The translations under genes and the position numbers were made by a program. From an uncultured Barnesiella sp. (lineage in GTDB: Bacteria; Bacteroidota; Bacteroidia; Bacteroidales; Muribaculaceae): a DNA stretch of 38,901 bases. This document shows positions 1 to 9,915 of the stretch, in pieces. The stretch lies in contig CAZBBL010000001.1 of assembly GCA_964490275.1 (NCBI GenBank), forward strand, positions 1-38,901, given 5' to 3'. Below the pieces are notes generated by a model. That model searched no databases and was not told where the DNA came from. It worked only from the letters and a program-made list of their open reading frames with translations. Each line of letters begins with the position of its first letter. Position 1 is the stretch's first letter.

Positions 1-146
1 CCTCCTCCACCTCTAACCCCTCCGTCTCCGCCCACCTTTATCCCACCCTGCCCCCATACCACGCTTAAATGACAACACCGCCAAATAGCAACGACCCATC
101 CACTTCCTCATCTCACCACTCCGGCCAAGGCCCTATTGATGATGAG

Positions 147-1703
147 ATGATTGTAGCATCTAAGACCGACAATGGGCGTATAGCCAAAAACACGCTATAT
201 CTATATCTGCGTATGATTGTGATGATGGTCATTAGCCTCTACACATCGCGCATTATATTGGATGCACTGGGCATTGACAACTTTGGCATCTATAGCGTTG
301 TAGGTGGCATGGTCGCAATGTTTAGTTTCATAAATGGAGCTATGGCTAACTCAACCGTACGCTTCATCACTTTTGCCATTGGAGAATGCGACCTCAATAA
401 AGCCAAAAGGGCGCTCAACTCAGCCTTGGCCATACATATAGGTATCGCTGCCATCATCGTAATAGCAGCAGAAACCATAGGCGTATGGTTTCTATACAAT
501 GAGATGAGCATCCCGGATGGCAAAATTGACAGCGCTTTTTGGGTTTTGCAGTTGAGCATTGCAGCCACAGCATTGGCAGTTATAACGCTCCCCATCAACT
601 CGTTGATTGTTGCGCACGAGAAGATGTCGGCCTATGCCTACCTATCTATAATTGATGTAGTAGCTAAATTGGTAATTGTTTACTTTCTACCATTAATGTC
701 TGAAAGCTTTCGTTTGGTAGGTTATGGGCTACTGCTTCTTGGCACACAAATCATCTACTTCATAATAAATCTAATCTACTGTAGGTCTAAATTTTCAGAA
801 TGTCGATTTGGGTTTGATTTCAAAAGAGAAAAAAAGCTCATAAAAGAGATGATTTCATTTTCGGCATGGAGCCTATTTGGCTGCATCGCATCAATAGGCT
901 GTGGGCAAGGGGTCAATATGCTGCTCAATGTTTACAGCGGCGTCGTGGCAAATGCAGCACGATCAATAGCATTTCAGGTGCAAGGAGCAGTATCAAAGTT
1001 TTCCGGTGGGTTCCAAACCGCCGTTACGCCACAGATTATCAAGAGCTATGCGCAACAGCGTTTTGAATATATGCACAAGTTAATATGCTCGAGCGCCAAG
1101 ATGTCATACTATTTGATGTTCATATTGTCACTACCAATTATGCTGTTGATGGACGACATATTGTCGCTGTGGCTCGTAGAAACGCCACAAGGCACCTTGA
1201 TATTTGTCAAGATTATCATGATTACGTCTTTGATTGACGTACTTTCGGGCCCAATAATGAAGAGCGTCGATGCCAGCGGTCGCATAAAGAAATACCACCT
1301 ATATGTAGGTGGCTTCTTAATATTGGTATTTCCAACATCATGGTTTATACTGAGTTTGGGAGCTGAGTCATATTCAGTGTTTATAGTTCAATTGGTATTC
1401 TCGTCGTTGGCTTTATTCCTACGGTTAAGAATCAGCCAAGAGCTAACCAGGCTTACAATAAAAATGTTTGTAAAGCAGGTGATTGTCCCAATTCTGAGGG
1501 TGAGTATTCCAGCCGGTATATGCGGATTTTTCATCGCAGAGTTGCCCATAAACAACGCGTTGCTAAAGGTAATTATTTGTACATTGATTACGATCATATC
1601 AACCGGTATAATCACATGGCATTTAGGTATGGAGACATACGAGCGTAATGTCATTCTCGACCGATTCAAATTTTTAAGACGCATCATACCATGCACAAAA
1701 TAA
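147..1703 (+). CDS. wzx: Wzx-type polysaccharide flippase (MATE/MOP superfamily)
   Basis: Starts RIAKNTLYLYLRMIVMMVISLYTSRIILDALGIDNFGIYSVVGG, the typical Bacteroidales flippase N-terminus; about 12-14 hydrophobic segments. Start placed at ATG 147; the ORF extends to 69 through low-complexity S/H/P sequence. Confidence 0.9.
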   Translation: MIVASKTDNGRIAKNTLYLYLRMIVMMVISLYTSRIILDALGIDNFGIYSVVGGMVAMFSFINGAMANSTVRFITFAIGECDLNKAKRALNSALAIHIGIAAIIVIAAETIGVWFLYNEMSIPDGKIDSAFWVLQLSIAATALAVITLPINSLIVAHEKMSAYAYLSIIDVVAKLVIVYFLPLMSESFRLVGYGLLLLGTQIIYFIINLIYCRSKFSECRFGFDFKREKKLIKEMISFSAWSLFGCIASIGCGQGVNMLLNVYSGVVANAARSIAFQVQGAVSKFSGGFQTAVTPQIIKSYAQQRFEYMHKLICSSAKMSYYLMFILSLPIMLLMDDILSLWLVETPQGTLIFVKIIMITSLIDVLSGPIMKSVDASGRIKKYHLYVGGFLILVFPTSWFILSLGAESYSVFIVQLVFSSLALFLRLRISQELTRLTIKMFVKQVIVPILRVSIPAGICGFFIAELPINNALLKVIICTLITIISTGIITWHLGMETYERNVILDRFKFLRRIIPCTK

Positions 1704-3721
1704 AGAGCGTCATCTTAGCATTGCTTATTTCGGCTACTTCTGCCGTTGCAGCTGATTTTGTTGTTGTAGGCAATCCCGGCAATAAACCGGCAAAATGTGG
1801 CTACGGTAGCGTAGCTTACAAATACGAAATCGGCCAATGCGAGGTTAGCAATGAACTTTATTGTGAATTTCTCAATAATGTTGCTGTCAACGGCGACCCA
1901 TACAAGCTCTATTCACCACTAATGCAAGACCATTTTTTGGGCGGAATTGAGCGCATAGTCACATCTGATGGGTATCGCTACCGCATCAAAACAGGCTACG
2001 GCAATAAAGCCGTCGGAGGAGTTACATGGCAAAGCGCTGCCCGTCTCTGCAATTGGCTACACTACAATTCAGACAAAATAGAATCTGGCGAACCATACAC
2101 AAATTTTCGAACTCAGACTGAAGGCACAGCGACCATCGGAGCCTACGATACCTCAAAAACTGCCGTCAAGCGCAATAAAGGTGCAAAATATTTCTTACCG
2201 ACCAAAGATGAATGGCTTAAAGCCGCTTTTTTCAACGGCAAAGAATGGGTTTCCGACAAAATCGCATCAGGAGCCAATATATATTCGACCAAAACCGGTT
2301 GGGGATGTCCATTCCCACACGTAAAAGAGTGTGGTAAACAAACCGAAAAAACTCATTACGGCACATACGACCAACAGGGCAATATGGCCGAATGGGTTGA
2401 AGACAACGACAACAGTCGCAAATTAGCGCTCGGTGGCAGCATGATACGTCCGGCAAAATATGCCGAAGCAGGGCATCAAGAAGGAGATTTCCCCGACAAA
2501 TCCATCATCAGCTTCGGTCTACGCCTGGGGCGCACAGCAGATAGTACAGCGCGCAAAACTCTTAGCATTCAACCGACGACCTCAAACAAGGCAGATATAG
2601 ATAGGAATAAACCAACTGAATATGTGCTCATCGGCGACGCAGGCAATCAAGGCGACATCGTCAATCAAAACTATGGTCACGTCAACTACGAATTTTACAT
2701 TTCACGCACCGAGCTATCCAATGCTCAATATTGCCAATTTCTCAACGCCATAGCATCGAAGTCAGACCCCAACGGGCTCTATGATTCAAACATGTCGACA
2801 TCGGTGCTCGGTGGCATTGACCGCACTAAGCGAGCCAACGGTTTTACCTATACTGTCAAAGACGGATTTGAGCGTCTCCCGGTTGTCTATATTGACTATT
2901 TTGACATAGCTCGATACTGCAATTGGCTACACTATGGGAAGCCCACCGGCGAGCAACGACTCGGCACAACCGAAGGTTCAGCCGAACAAGGAGCCTACGA
3001 CACTACCGACTTTGCGGCAGTAGCTAAAGGAGAGAAGCCTGCCAACGACAATCTCTGCCGGCGAAATAGCGGTGCTAAATATTGGATTCCCAACCGCGAC
3101 GAATGGTATAAAGCGGCCTACTACGACCCCGAGAAACTTGGCAACAGACCATACCATGACTACCCTACTCGCTCATCGGAACGGCCAGGCCAAGACCAAG
3201 CCAACTATATGGTCGACGACCATCTTGCCATCCCGGGCAAATACTTAGCTCCGGTCGACAGTTTTGCTAATGCGCCATCATATTACGGCACGCTGCAACA
3301 AGGTGGCAATGTATGGGAATTTATCGAAGATTGGCAATACGATGGAGTCGGCACACTTGCTTTACGTGGAGGCAGTTTCTCATACACTGAATATGGATTG
3401 AATGCACTCAACGAAGACCCTGCCGGCATTGGCGAAAGCTCCCATCTTTTTGGCGCTCGCATTGCTCACGCAGTTGATAGCAATGGGTATCAGCCTATTG
3501 CCGATGCGTTCACCGACAAGCTTACTTCCGACATCAAGCAGCTAAGCGACAAAAAGCTATTGATGATATTTGGGCTAATACTACTATTAGCCACAGTCGG
3601 TATTATTTTTATTTTTTCAAGAATTTACAAATTTATATGCTCAAATATATCAAGAAAATCAGAGCCAAAATTGCCATCAAGCGAAAGCTCCGACAAATCG
3701 ATTGCGACTATCGACAAATAG
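1691..3721 (+). CDS. Secreted, C-terminally membrane-anchored protein with two tandem FGE/SUMF1-like (C-type-lectin-fold) domains
   Basis: Signal peptide MHKIKSVILALLISATSAVA. FGE-family motifs occur twice (EVSNELYCEFLN/ELSNAQYCQFLN; LPTKDEWLKAA/IPNRDEWYKAA; YGTYDQQGNMAEW/YGTLQQGGNVWEF; LGGS/RGGS; FGLRL/FGARI). TM helix LLMIFGLILLLATVGIIFIF near the C-terminus. Confidence 0.8.
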   Translation: MHKIKSVILALLISATSAVAADFVVVGNPGNKPAKCGYGSVAYKYEIGQCEVSNELYCEFLNNVAVNGDPYKLYSPLMQDHFLGGIERIVTSDGYRYRIKTGYGNKAVGGVTWQSAARLCNWLHYNSDKIESGEPYTNFRTQTEGTATIGAYDTSKTAVKRNKGAKYFLPTKDEWLKAAFFNGKEWVSDKIASGANIYSTKTGWGCPFPHVKECGKQTEKTHYGTYDQQGNMAEWVEDNDNSRKLALGGSMIRPAKYAEAGHQEGDFPDKSIISFGLRLGRTADSTARKTLSIQPTTSNKADIDRNKPTEYVLIGDAGNQGDIVNQNYGHVNYEFYISRTELSNAQYCQFLNAIASKSDPNGLYDSNMSTSVLGGIDRTKRANGFTYTVKDGFERLPVVYIDYFDIARYCNWLHYGKPTGEQRLGTTEGSAEQGAYDTTDFAAVAKGEKPANDNLCRRNSGAKYWIPNRDEWYKAAYYDPEKLGNRPYHDYPTRSSERPGQDQANYMVDDHLAIPGKYLAPVDSFANAPSYYGTLQQGGNVWEFIEDWQYDGVGTLALRGGSFSYTEYGLNALNEDPAGIGESSHLFGARIAHAVDSNGYQPIADAFTDKLTSDIKQLSDKKLLMIFGLILLLATVGIIFIFSRIYKFICSNISRKSEPKLPSSESSDKSIATIDK

Positions 3722-4911
3722 TAGCGTCGGGAGTAAGGTCAGACGCTGATCAACGACGGCTACTTTTGGTGCCATGCGATTTAGAGGCGATTGGTGGCTC
3801 ACGCGGCGATGAAGCAATGATTTTCAGCGTAATACAGCATTTTCGCGAGATATATCCCAATATACCGGTCACGATTTTATCGGCTACTGAACACGGTTGC
3901 CAATATGTTGAGCAATTGCCATTGACCGATATTAGCAGCTACTATAACAGCCAATTCACCAACGATATAAGGCCTATAGCTAAGGTAATAACAGAGACTA
4001 ATCCAAGCCACGCTGTAGTGCTCGGAGCCGACTGCATGGACGGCCACTACTCTCCTATAGCCAGCGCAATTTTGCTCTACAGCCACCGTCTGCTCACTGC
4101 TGCCGGAGTTGATTCAATTCTTACCGGATTTAGCTTCAACACCCATCCTAATCGACAAATTTGTCGTATGTTTAACGACGGCACAACAACATACTGCCTC
4201 CGCGACCCCGAGTCGCTTCGCCGCTTCTTGATAGCCACAAAAGCCCCGGCTCGGCTCACTGCCGACGTAGCTTTTATGCTCTACCCGGTTGAGACACCGC
4301 GAGTAAGCCAACTAACAGAGACCATCAACGCTATACGAAACGAGCGCCATGGAGCCATATTTATCGGATTCAACTACCACTCGATGTTTTCATCGAGTGG
4401 CTTGATTGGCGACAACGGCTCAACCATCAACGCAATCGCTGACAACTTTAAGGTCTTATTAGAGGCCAATTCGAAGGTAAACATCATAATGATACCCCAC
4501 GACGACCGTCCCCGCCTGACCGACCTCAACACCCTGCGCCCAATCTATCAAAAACTTATTGACTTTGGATTTGTTAAGCGAGTTAGGCTCATCGACGATG
4601 TTTGGCGTGCGGTAGAAATAAAAGCGTTGTGTCGGCAGCTCGACGGTGTAATAAGCGGGCGTATGCACCTTGCTATAGCCGCCATGGGCATGACCACTCC
4701 GGTCTTTACAATCACTTATCAAGGCAAATTTGCCGGGCTCTACCAACATTTTGGCTATCCTTGCCAATGGATGAGTACACCTGAGAACTTTCTTCAGCCG
4801 ACATCTGCCAAAACAATGATTTCATTTGTCGATAACACTGGCAACTTGAAATCAATACTTGCAAACCGACTTAGCGCCGTAGAGTCGCTGTCAAAATCTA
4901 CATTTCTATGA
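3637..4911 (+). CDS. Polysaccharide pyruvyl transferase family protein (WcaK-like)
   Basis: Motifs SRGDEAMI, LRDPESL, TADVAFML, ISGRMHLAIAA, ITYQGKF. Confidence 0.85.
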   Translation: MLKYIKKIRAKIAIKRKLRQIDCDYRQIVASGVRSDADQRRLLLVPCDLEAIGGSRGDEAMIFSVIQHFREIYPNIPVTILSATEHGCQYVEQLPLTDISSYYNSQFTNDIRPIAKVITETNPSHAVVLGADCMDGHYSPIASAILLYSHRLLTAAGVDSILTGFSFNTHPNRQICRMFNDGTTTYCLRDPESLRRFLIATKAPARLTADVAFMLYPVETPRVSQLTETINAIRNERHGAIFIGFNYHSMFSSSGLIGDNGSTINAIADNFKVLLEANSKVNIIMIPHDDRPRLTDLNTLRPIYQKLIDFGFVKRVRLIDDVWRAVEIKALCRQLDGVISGRMHLAIAAMGMTTPVFTITYQGKFAGLYQHFGYPCQWMSTPENFLQPTSAKTMISFVDNTGNLKSILANRLSAVESLSKSTFL

Positions 4912-6017
4912 AACGCATATTGATAGTGTCTGACTGCCCAACCCACCCCGTCATCGGAGGCAATCGCATGTGCATTTTGGAATATGCAACGATGCTCTCC
5001 AAACAAGGCTACGACGTATGGTTTATGTTGGTCGTCAATGGTGATGTAAGCGCTACCGACATCGACCTAACTCAAGCATATTGGGGCGGACGATTCCTCC
5101 GCTACGATTGCCCAACGCTACAAACCTATTGGCGCAAGATTCTCGCACGCATCAGCTCCAAATGCACCCAACAAGTTGATTTCTACTTCCCTTGGGGTCT
5201 TAATCGGTTTATCAACGACTGTCAGCGGCGCCACAACTTCGACGGCATGATTGTCAACTATATATGGCTATCAAAAGCCTCTGTGACCGACATCCCCACG
5301 AAAGCAATCTTCACACACGACGTTTTTGCATATCGCAGAGAGAAGATATCCGGCTATGCCTGGCGCTCATTTAGCGTCGCTGAGGAAGCCAAAGCCATTC
5401 GTCGCTTCAGCAACATCCTCGCTATTCAAGACAACGAATCGACCTACTACTCCTACCTCGCACCGCGAAGCCGTATCGCCACAGTATATTCTTCGTTTAA
5501 CTATGTCGAGCAACCGCTCACCCATACCAAAAACATATTGTTTTTCTCGGGGGGTGGCAACCTCAACATATCGGCCATCAAGGCTTTTTGGACAAACGTA
5601 TGGCCTCGCGTCATAGCGGCCGAGCCACAAGCTCAACTGCTTATCGGAGGCAAAATCTCCGACTGTTTGACCAAGGCTGAACTACCGGCTCAAGTATCAG
5701 CCATGGGTCGCTACGATAATCCCGCCGACTTTTATGCATTGGGCGATATCGCAATCAACCCAATCACCGAAGGCACAGGTCTTAAAATCAAGACAATGGA
5801 GGCCATTGCATATGGAAAAGTAACGATAGTGACGCCACACAGTGCCGACGGCATCTACGACAAAGCCAACGCCCCTCTCGCTATTGCTAATACCGACACC
5901 GAGTTTGCCAATCTCATCATCACTAACCTGCGCAATCTCAACCGTCAAGACAACCGCAATTATATCCAATCTCTCAACCAATACATCTCCAACCAATACT
6001 CCTCAATCTTTAAATAA
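4908..6017 (+). CDS. Glycosyltransferase, GT-B/GT4-like
   Basis: C-terminal DIAINPITEGTGLKIKTMEAIAYGK motif; ATGA overlap with the upstream stop. Confidence 0.8.
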   Translation: MKRILIVSDCPTHPVIGGNRMCILEYATMLSKQGYDVWFMLVVNGDVSATDIDLTQAYWGGRFLRYDCPTLQTYWRKILARISSKCTQQVDFYFPWGLNRFINDCQRRHNFDGMIVNYIWLSKASVTDIPTKAIFTHDVFAYRREKISGYAWRSFSVAEEAKAIRRFSNILAIQDNESTYYSYLAPRSRIATVYSSFNYVEQPLTHTKNILFFSGGGNLNISAIKAFWTNVWPRVIAAEPQAQLLIGGKISDCLTKAELPAQVSAMGRYDNPADFYALGDIAINPITEGTGLKIKTMEAIAYGKVTIVTPHSADGIYDKANAPLAIANTDTEFANLIITNLRNLNRQDNRNYIQSLNQYISNQYSSIFK

Positions 6018-6023
6018 GACCGC

Positions 6024-7076
6024 ATGGCAAAAAAAACATTAATAGTATCTCTACATATTGGAGGTGGCTGTTTTCAATATGGCAATGAGCTTTTTTCGAG
6101 GGTGACGTTTCCCCACGACATATATATTCCAAATGATGTAACAGAGCCGCTTAAAATTAGCGGGTACAAGCAACTGACATATTGGAAGAAGTCGAAACTA
6201 CTCAGAACATTGTCTCTATTGTATTTTCTTGTCCGCATTGTAGTTCTTGGGAACATCGGATATTACGACAAATTAATATTGGCCGGCTACACAACTTGGG
6301 ACTACTATATAATGAAGGCATGGCAGTTAACTCGTCGTCCATCCTACTTTGTTGTTCATGACGGCGTAATGCATACCGGCGAGAACAAAACCAAAACTCA
6401 AAATCGCTTGATTAGCACAATGCGGATGGCTACAAACCTTATTTTCTTAAGCGCATTTGTACGTGACAACCTAAAGCAGCGCTATGAAATTGACAAGCCA
6501 TATATTATTGTCCCGCACGGGTTAATCGACTATGGAGATATCGAGCCATCGTCACAAGTCAAAGTTCCCAACCTGCTCTTTGTAGGCCGTATTGGTGAAT
6601 ATAAAGGCGTTGATATACTGCTCGAAGCAATAAAAAATGTCGACAAATCGCTGTTCAATCGTTTGGTTATCGCCGGACAATGGATTTCAACCGTGCCAAA
6701 GGATATCCCTGAAAAAGTTGAAATTATCAATCAATGGCTCACCAATGACCAAATACGCGATTTTATATCACAGTCTGACGTAATGATATTCCCATACCGC
6801 GAGGCTTCACAATCGGGAGTTGCCACTTTAGCTGTCAGATATGAGAAACCATCCATTGTTTCGAATGTAGGAGCCTTAGCCGAACAATTTCCATGCGGTA
6901 GTGCAATAATTATCAACGACATATCTGCCGACAAACTTAGCTTGGCTATAGAAAATATATGTAGCGATTTATCTTTGCGCAACAAAATGCAGCAAGCCAT
7001 ACGCCAAGGTAAAAACCGTTATGAATGGGACAAAATTGCAGAACAATTCAATCTACAAATGACCGATAAACGATGA
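6024..7076 (+). CDS. Glycosyltransferase family 4
   Basis: LLFVGRIGEYKGVDILLEA; DVMIFPYREASQSGV; IVSNVGAL. Confidence 0.9.
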   Translation: MAKKTLIVSLHIGGGCFQYGNELFSRVTFPHDIYIPNDVTEPLKISGYKQLTYWKKSKLLRTLSLLYFLVRIVVLGNIGYYDKLILAGYTTWDYYIMKAWQLTRRPSYFVVHDGVMHTGENKTKTQNRLISTMRMATNLIFLSAFVRDNLKQRYEIDKPYIIVPHGLIDYGDIEPSSQVKVPNLLFVGRIGEYKGVDILLEAIKNVDKSLFNRLVIAGQWISTVPKDIPEKVEIINQWLTNDQIRDFISQSDVMIFPYREASQSGVATLAVRYEKPSIVSNVGALAEQFPCGSAIIINDISADKLSLAIENICSDLSLRNKMQQAIRQGKNRYEWDKIAEQFNLQMTDKR

Positions 7077-8200
7077 AAATACTGATGTTGACAACGGGGA
7101 CATCGTTAATGGATGGCATCAACCGGCATATACTGACGATTGCACCGGCCATAAATGCTCGCAATGGCTATGAAGTAGCTGTGTGTACGGTAGAGCCTTC
7201 CGGCGAGCTCAACCAAGTCCTCATGCAACATGGCGTCAAGGTATATTCTCTTGGCTACGCCAATGGTCATCGCCCCGGCATATTGCGCAGCTACTACAAG
7301 GTGCTCCGCGACTTCTGCCCCGACATAGTACATCTCCATGTAATGGCAATTATGGAGCGCATCATCTCATCATGCTGCTTCAAACACATAAAATATGTGC
7401 AAACAATCCATGGTATCAGTGACGCAAAACCGGGCAAGCCGAGTTTTAAAAATCGAGTTGAGCAATTTATCACTCGCCACTTTCGCCTACAGATTTCGGC
7501 TCGCTGCTATATCTCAGACGGAGTGCGCCGAGCCTTGAGCCGTGGCGCGACGACCGACGCCATTGAGCAAGTATGTTACAACCCTATCAACTTTGGTGCT
7601 CTACCGCCCAAAAGTCGTCGCTTGCAACAAATTGTCGGTCTTGACCTTGGGACACCAACTATCGGCACGGCCTGTCGCATAGCGTCAGTTAAAAACCCTC
7701 AGGCGTTCACTAAGGTAATGTGCATGGTTCTCAAGGCTATGCCGTCGGCCCACGCCATCGTTATGGGCGATGGCGATGCCGATTTAATCGCTGATTGCAA
7801 GGCAATAATCGACAGTCAAGGTGTCAACGACCGTTTCCATTGGCTCGGATATCGTGCCGATGCTTCTCAGCTGGTCAACGACCTCGATTGCTTCGTAATG
7901 ACAAGTATTTCTGAAGGACTGCCGACATCTGTTCTCGAGTGTATGGCCGTAGAAACTCCGGTAGCTATGCTTCGTGGCAACGGAGGTCTGATTGATATCG
8001 ACATACTCAACCAATCGACTCCTATCGTTGCCATCGCCGACAAAGACGATCACAACGCGTTGGCCTCGCAAATCGTTGAATTGCTCAACAACCCCGAGCA
8101 AGCCCAAACGCAGGCCCGCAACGCCTATGCCGTCGGCAAAGCCAACTTCAGTCTCGAGAGCGTGGCGTCTCAACTATGTTCGCTCTATTCTCAACTCTAA
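7073..8200 (+). CDS. Glycosyltransferase family 4
   Basis: WLGYRAD, DCFVMTSISEGLPTSVLECMA (EX7E motif); ATGA overlap with the upstream stop. Confidence 0.9.
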   Translation: MKILMLTTGTSLMDGINRHILTIAPAINARNGYEVAVCTVEPSGELNQVLMQHGVKVYSLGYANGHRPGILRSYYKVLRDFCPDIVHLHVMAIMERIISSCCFKHIKYVQTIHGISDAKPGKPSFKNRVEQFITRHFRLQISARCYISDGVRRALSRGATTDAIEQVCYNPINFGALPPKSRRLQQIVGLDLGTPTIGTACRIASVKNPQAFTKVMCMVLKAMPSAHAIVMGDGDADLIADCKAIIDSQGVNDRFHWLGYRADASQLVNDLDCFVMTSISEGLPTSVLECMAVETPVAMLRGNGGLIDIDILNQSTPIVAIADKDDHNALASQIVELLNNPEQAQTQARNAYAVGKANFSLESVASQLCSLYSQL

Positions 8201-8694
8201 TGAACAGCATCTCACTCTATTTCGCCAATAAAATAATCAGGCTGCTGCCTGAAACCCGATGTTTCTCGTTTAAGCGATGGCTACTACGCCGAGCCGGCGC
8301 CAATATCGGACAAAATGTGCGTATCTGCTCATCGACATTTATCACCGGAACGGGCCATCTCTCAATCGGCGACAACACGTGGGTAGGCCACAAAACCGTC
8401 ATCGTATGCTCACGTGAGATTAACATCGGCGCGAATATCGACATAGCGCCCATGGTTTATATCGGTGATGGCAGCCACATCATATCCCCCAATGGCTCGC
8501 ATATAGCCGGGGAAGGTATTTCCCGGTCTATCACCATTGAAGATGGTGCCTGGCTTTGTGCCGGGGCCAGACTTCTCCCCGGGATAACCGTCGGAAGCAA
8601 AAGCGTCGTAGGCGCCGGAGCCGTGGTCAACAAATCTATACCGGCCAACACTATTTATGCAGGTGTCCCTGCCAAATTTATCAGAAATGTTTAA
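8200..8694 (+). CDS. Hexapeptide-repeat (LbH) sugar O-acetyltransferase
   Basis: Hexapeptide repeats IGQNVRI/IGDNTWV/IEDGAWL, VVGAGAVV, AGVPAKFIR; start at the TAATG overlap (8200). Confidence 0.88.
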   Translation: MNSISLYFANKIIRLLPETRCFSFKRWLLRRAGANIGQNVRICSSTFITGTGHLSIGDNTWVGHKTVIVCSREINIGANIDIAPMVYIGDGSHIISPNGSHIAGEGISRSITIEDGAWLCAGARLLPGITVGSKSVVGAGAVVNKSIPANTIYAGVPAKFIRNV

Positions 8695-9883
8695 AACACT
8701 AAAAAAATACTCTTTTCTGAGCATACTGACGGCACTAATTGTCGCCAATAACATTATCCAGTTTACGCCATCATTTGATATTGCCTACTATTGTTTTATG
8801 GCTGTGGTTTTATGCATCGTGATTCTTAAAGGTGGCGTAGGCATAAAATCGTGGGCTATGATACTGCTCTATGCATTTTGCGCGTTGAGCATCGTATTCA
8901 ACACCATACCGGTATATTTTAAAGCGCCCTTACGTTTGGTTTCGTTTTTCATAGTAAGTATGGTTGCCGCACCGGGCATCTCGTCAAAATTTATAGATAA
9001 ATTTCGCTGCGACACCTTTACGCTATTACAATATTTTATGGCTATAATGACGCTCATCTCTTTTCCGCTCTACCTAATGGGCATAAATGCGATGGCCTTG
9101 GAATCCAATGGGCAATCGGGTATTACGACACACTCTATGCTGATGGGCCCGGTTGCAGCCAATGCATTTATATTTGCCATCTACAAACTATTAGTCGAAA
9201 AAAAATGGAGAAAAGGCGGTAACGCCAAAATATTCTTCACCACAGTGATGATTATTTCGTTTCCCATGATACTGCTTTCGCGGTCACGCACTACTATCTT
9301 GGCTGCAATTGGTGGACTACTGGTACTACTTGTACTAAAGAGCAAATTCAAAGTATCACGTTTTATGAATATGGCAATATTAATTGTTGCCGTGGGAGCT
9401 TTGACCTACCCTATTTGGGATAAATACACAACCGGAGTGGCCGAAAAGAATGAAGGGTCTATTAATGCTGGTGGCATTACATCTTCACGCGATGCACTTT
9501 GGCAAGATCGAATTGACGAATTTAAAAGCAGCCCGATTATCGGCATTGGATTTGCTTCAGTCGAAAAAGGTTCTGTAGATATGATATACGGCCATGTTGA
9601 AACTGGGAATAGTTGGTTAACGCTTTTATCAATGACAGGGTTGTTAGGATTCATAGCCTTCTTCTTCGTTTTCAAAGGTGCCATTCGACGTATTAAACTA
9701 TATATACTTAAGGCTGATGCACCATCATACTGCTTCGTAGGGGCGTTATTGGCTTTCTATGCAATACACATGATTGCCGAAGGCTATATTTTCGGTGCCG
9801 GCAACTTCCTTTTCTTTAATCTTTGGCTAACGATTGGCGTTATCTATGCCATTCCCAGTGCTAATATGCGAGTTATACCATAG
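8687..9883 (+). CDS. O-antigen polymerase/ligase-family membrane protein (Wzy-like), copy 1
   Basis: About 11 TM segments; LLSRSRT; SRDALWQDRIDEFKSSPIIGIGF; NSWLTLLSMTGLLGF (Wzy_C-like region). Confidence 0.8.
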   Translation: MFKTLKKYSFLSILTALIVANNIIQFTPSFDIAYYCFMAVVLCIVILKGGVGIKSWAMILLYAFCALSIVFNTIPVYFKAPLRLVSFFIVSMVAAPGISSKFIDKFRCDTFTLLQYFMAIMTLISFPLYLMGINAMALESNGQSGITTHSMLMGPVAANAFIFAIYKLLVEKKWRKGGNAKIFFTTVMIISFPMILLSRSRTTILAAIGGLLVLLVLKSKFKVSRFMNMAILIVAVGALTYPIWDKYTTGVAEKNEGSINAGGITSSRDALWQDRIDEFKSSPIIGIGFASVEKGSVDMIYGHVETGNSWLTLLSMTGLLGFIAFFFVFKGAIRRIKLYILKADAPSYCFVGALLAFYAIHMIAEGYIFGAGNFLFFNLWLTIGVIYAIPSANMRVIP

Positions 9884-9915
9884 GTATTTATGTTGTTAAA
9901 TTAAATAGCATAAAA

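Noticed and set aside
1-60. C-rich tract with G-quadruplex potential on the minus strand
   Set aside because: One loop is 8 nt, the context is truncated by the window edge, and the strand is C-skewed throughout
69-146. N-terminal extension of the Wzx ORF
   Set aside because: Low-complexity S/P/H sequence from C-rich DNA; family-like sequence starts after ATG 147
1691-3721. FGE/CLec-fold protein as a diversity-generating retroelement target
   Set aside because: No reverse transcriptase and no template/variable repeat pair differing at adenines is visible; the internal similarity is an old domain duplication
6029-6036. A8 run at a GT4 5' end (also A8 at 9198 and 18877) as phase-variation tracts
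   Set aside because: Lys-codon runs are expected in AT-rich genes; all are in frame
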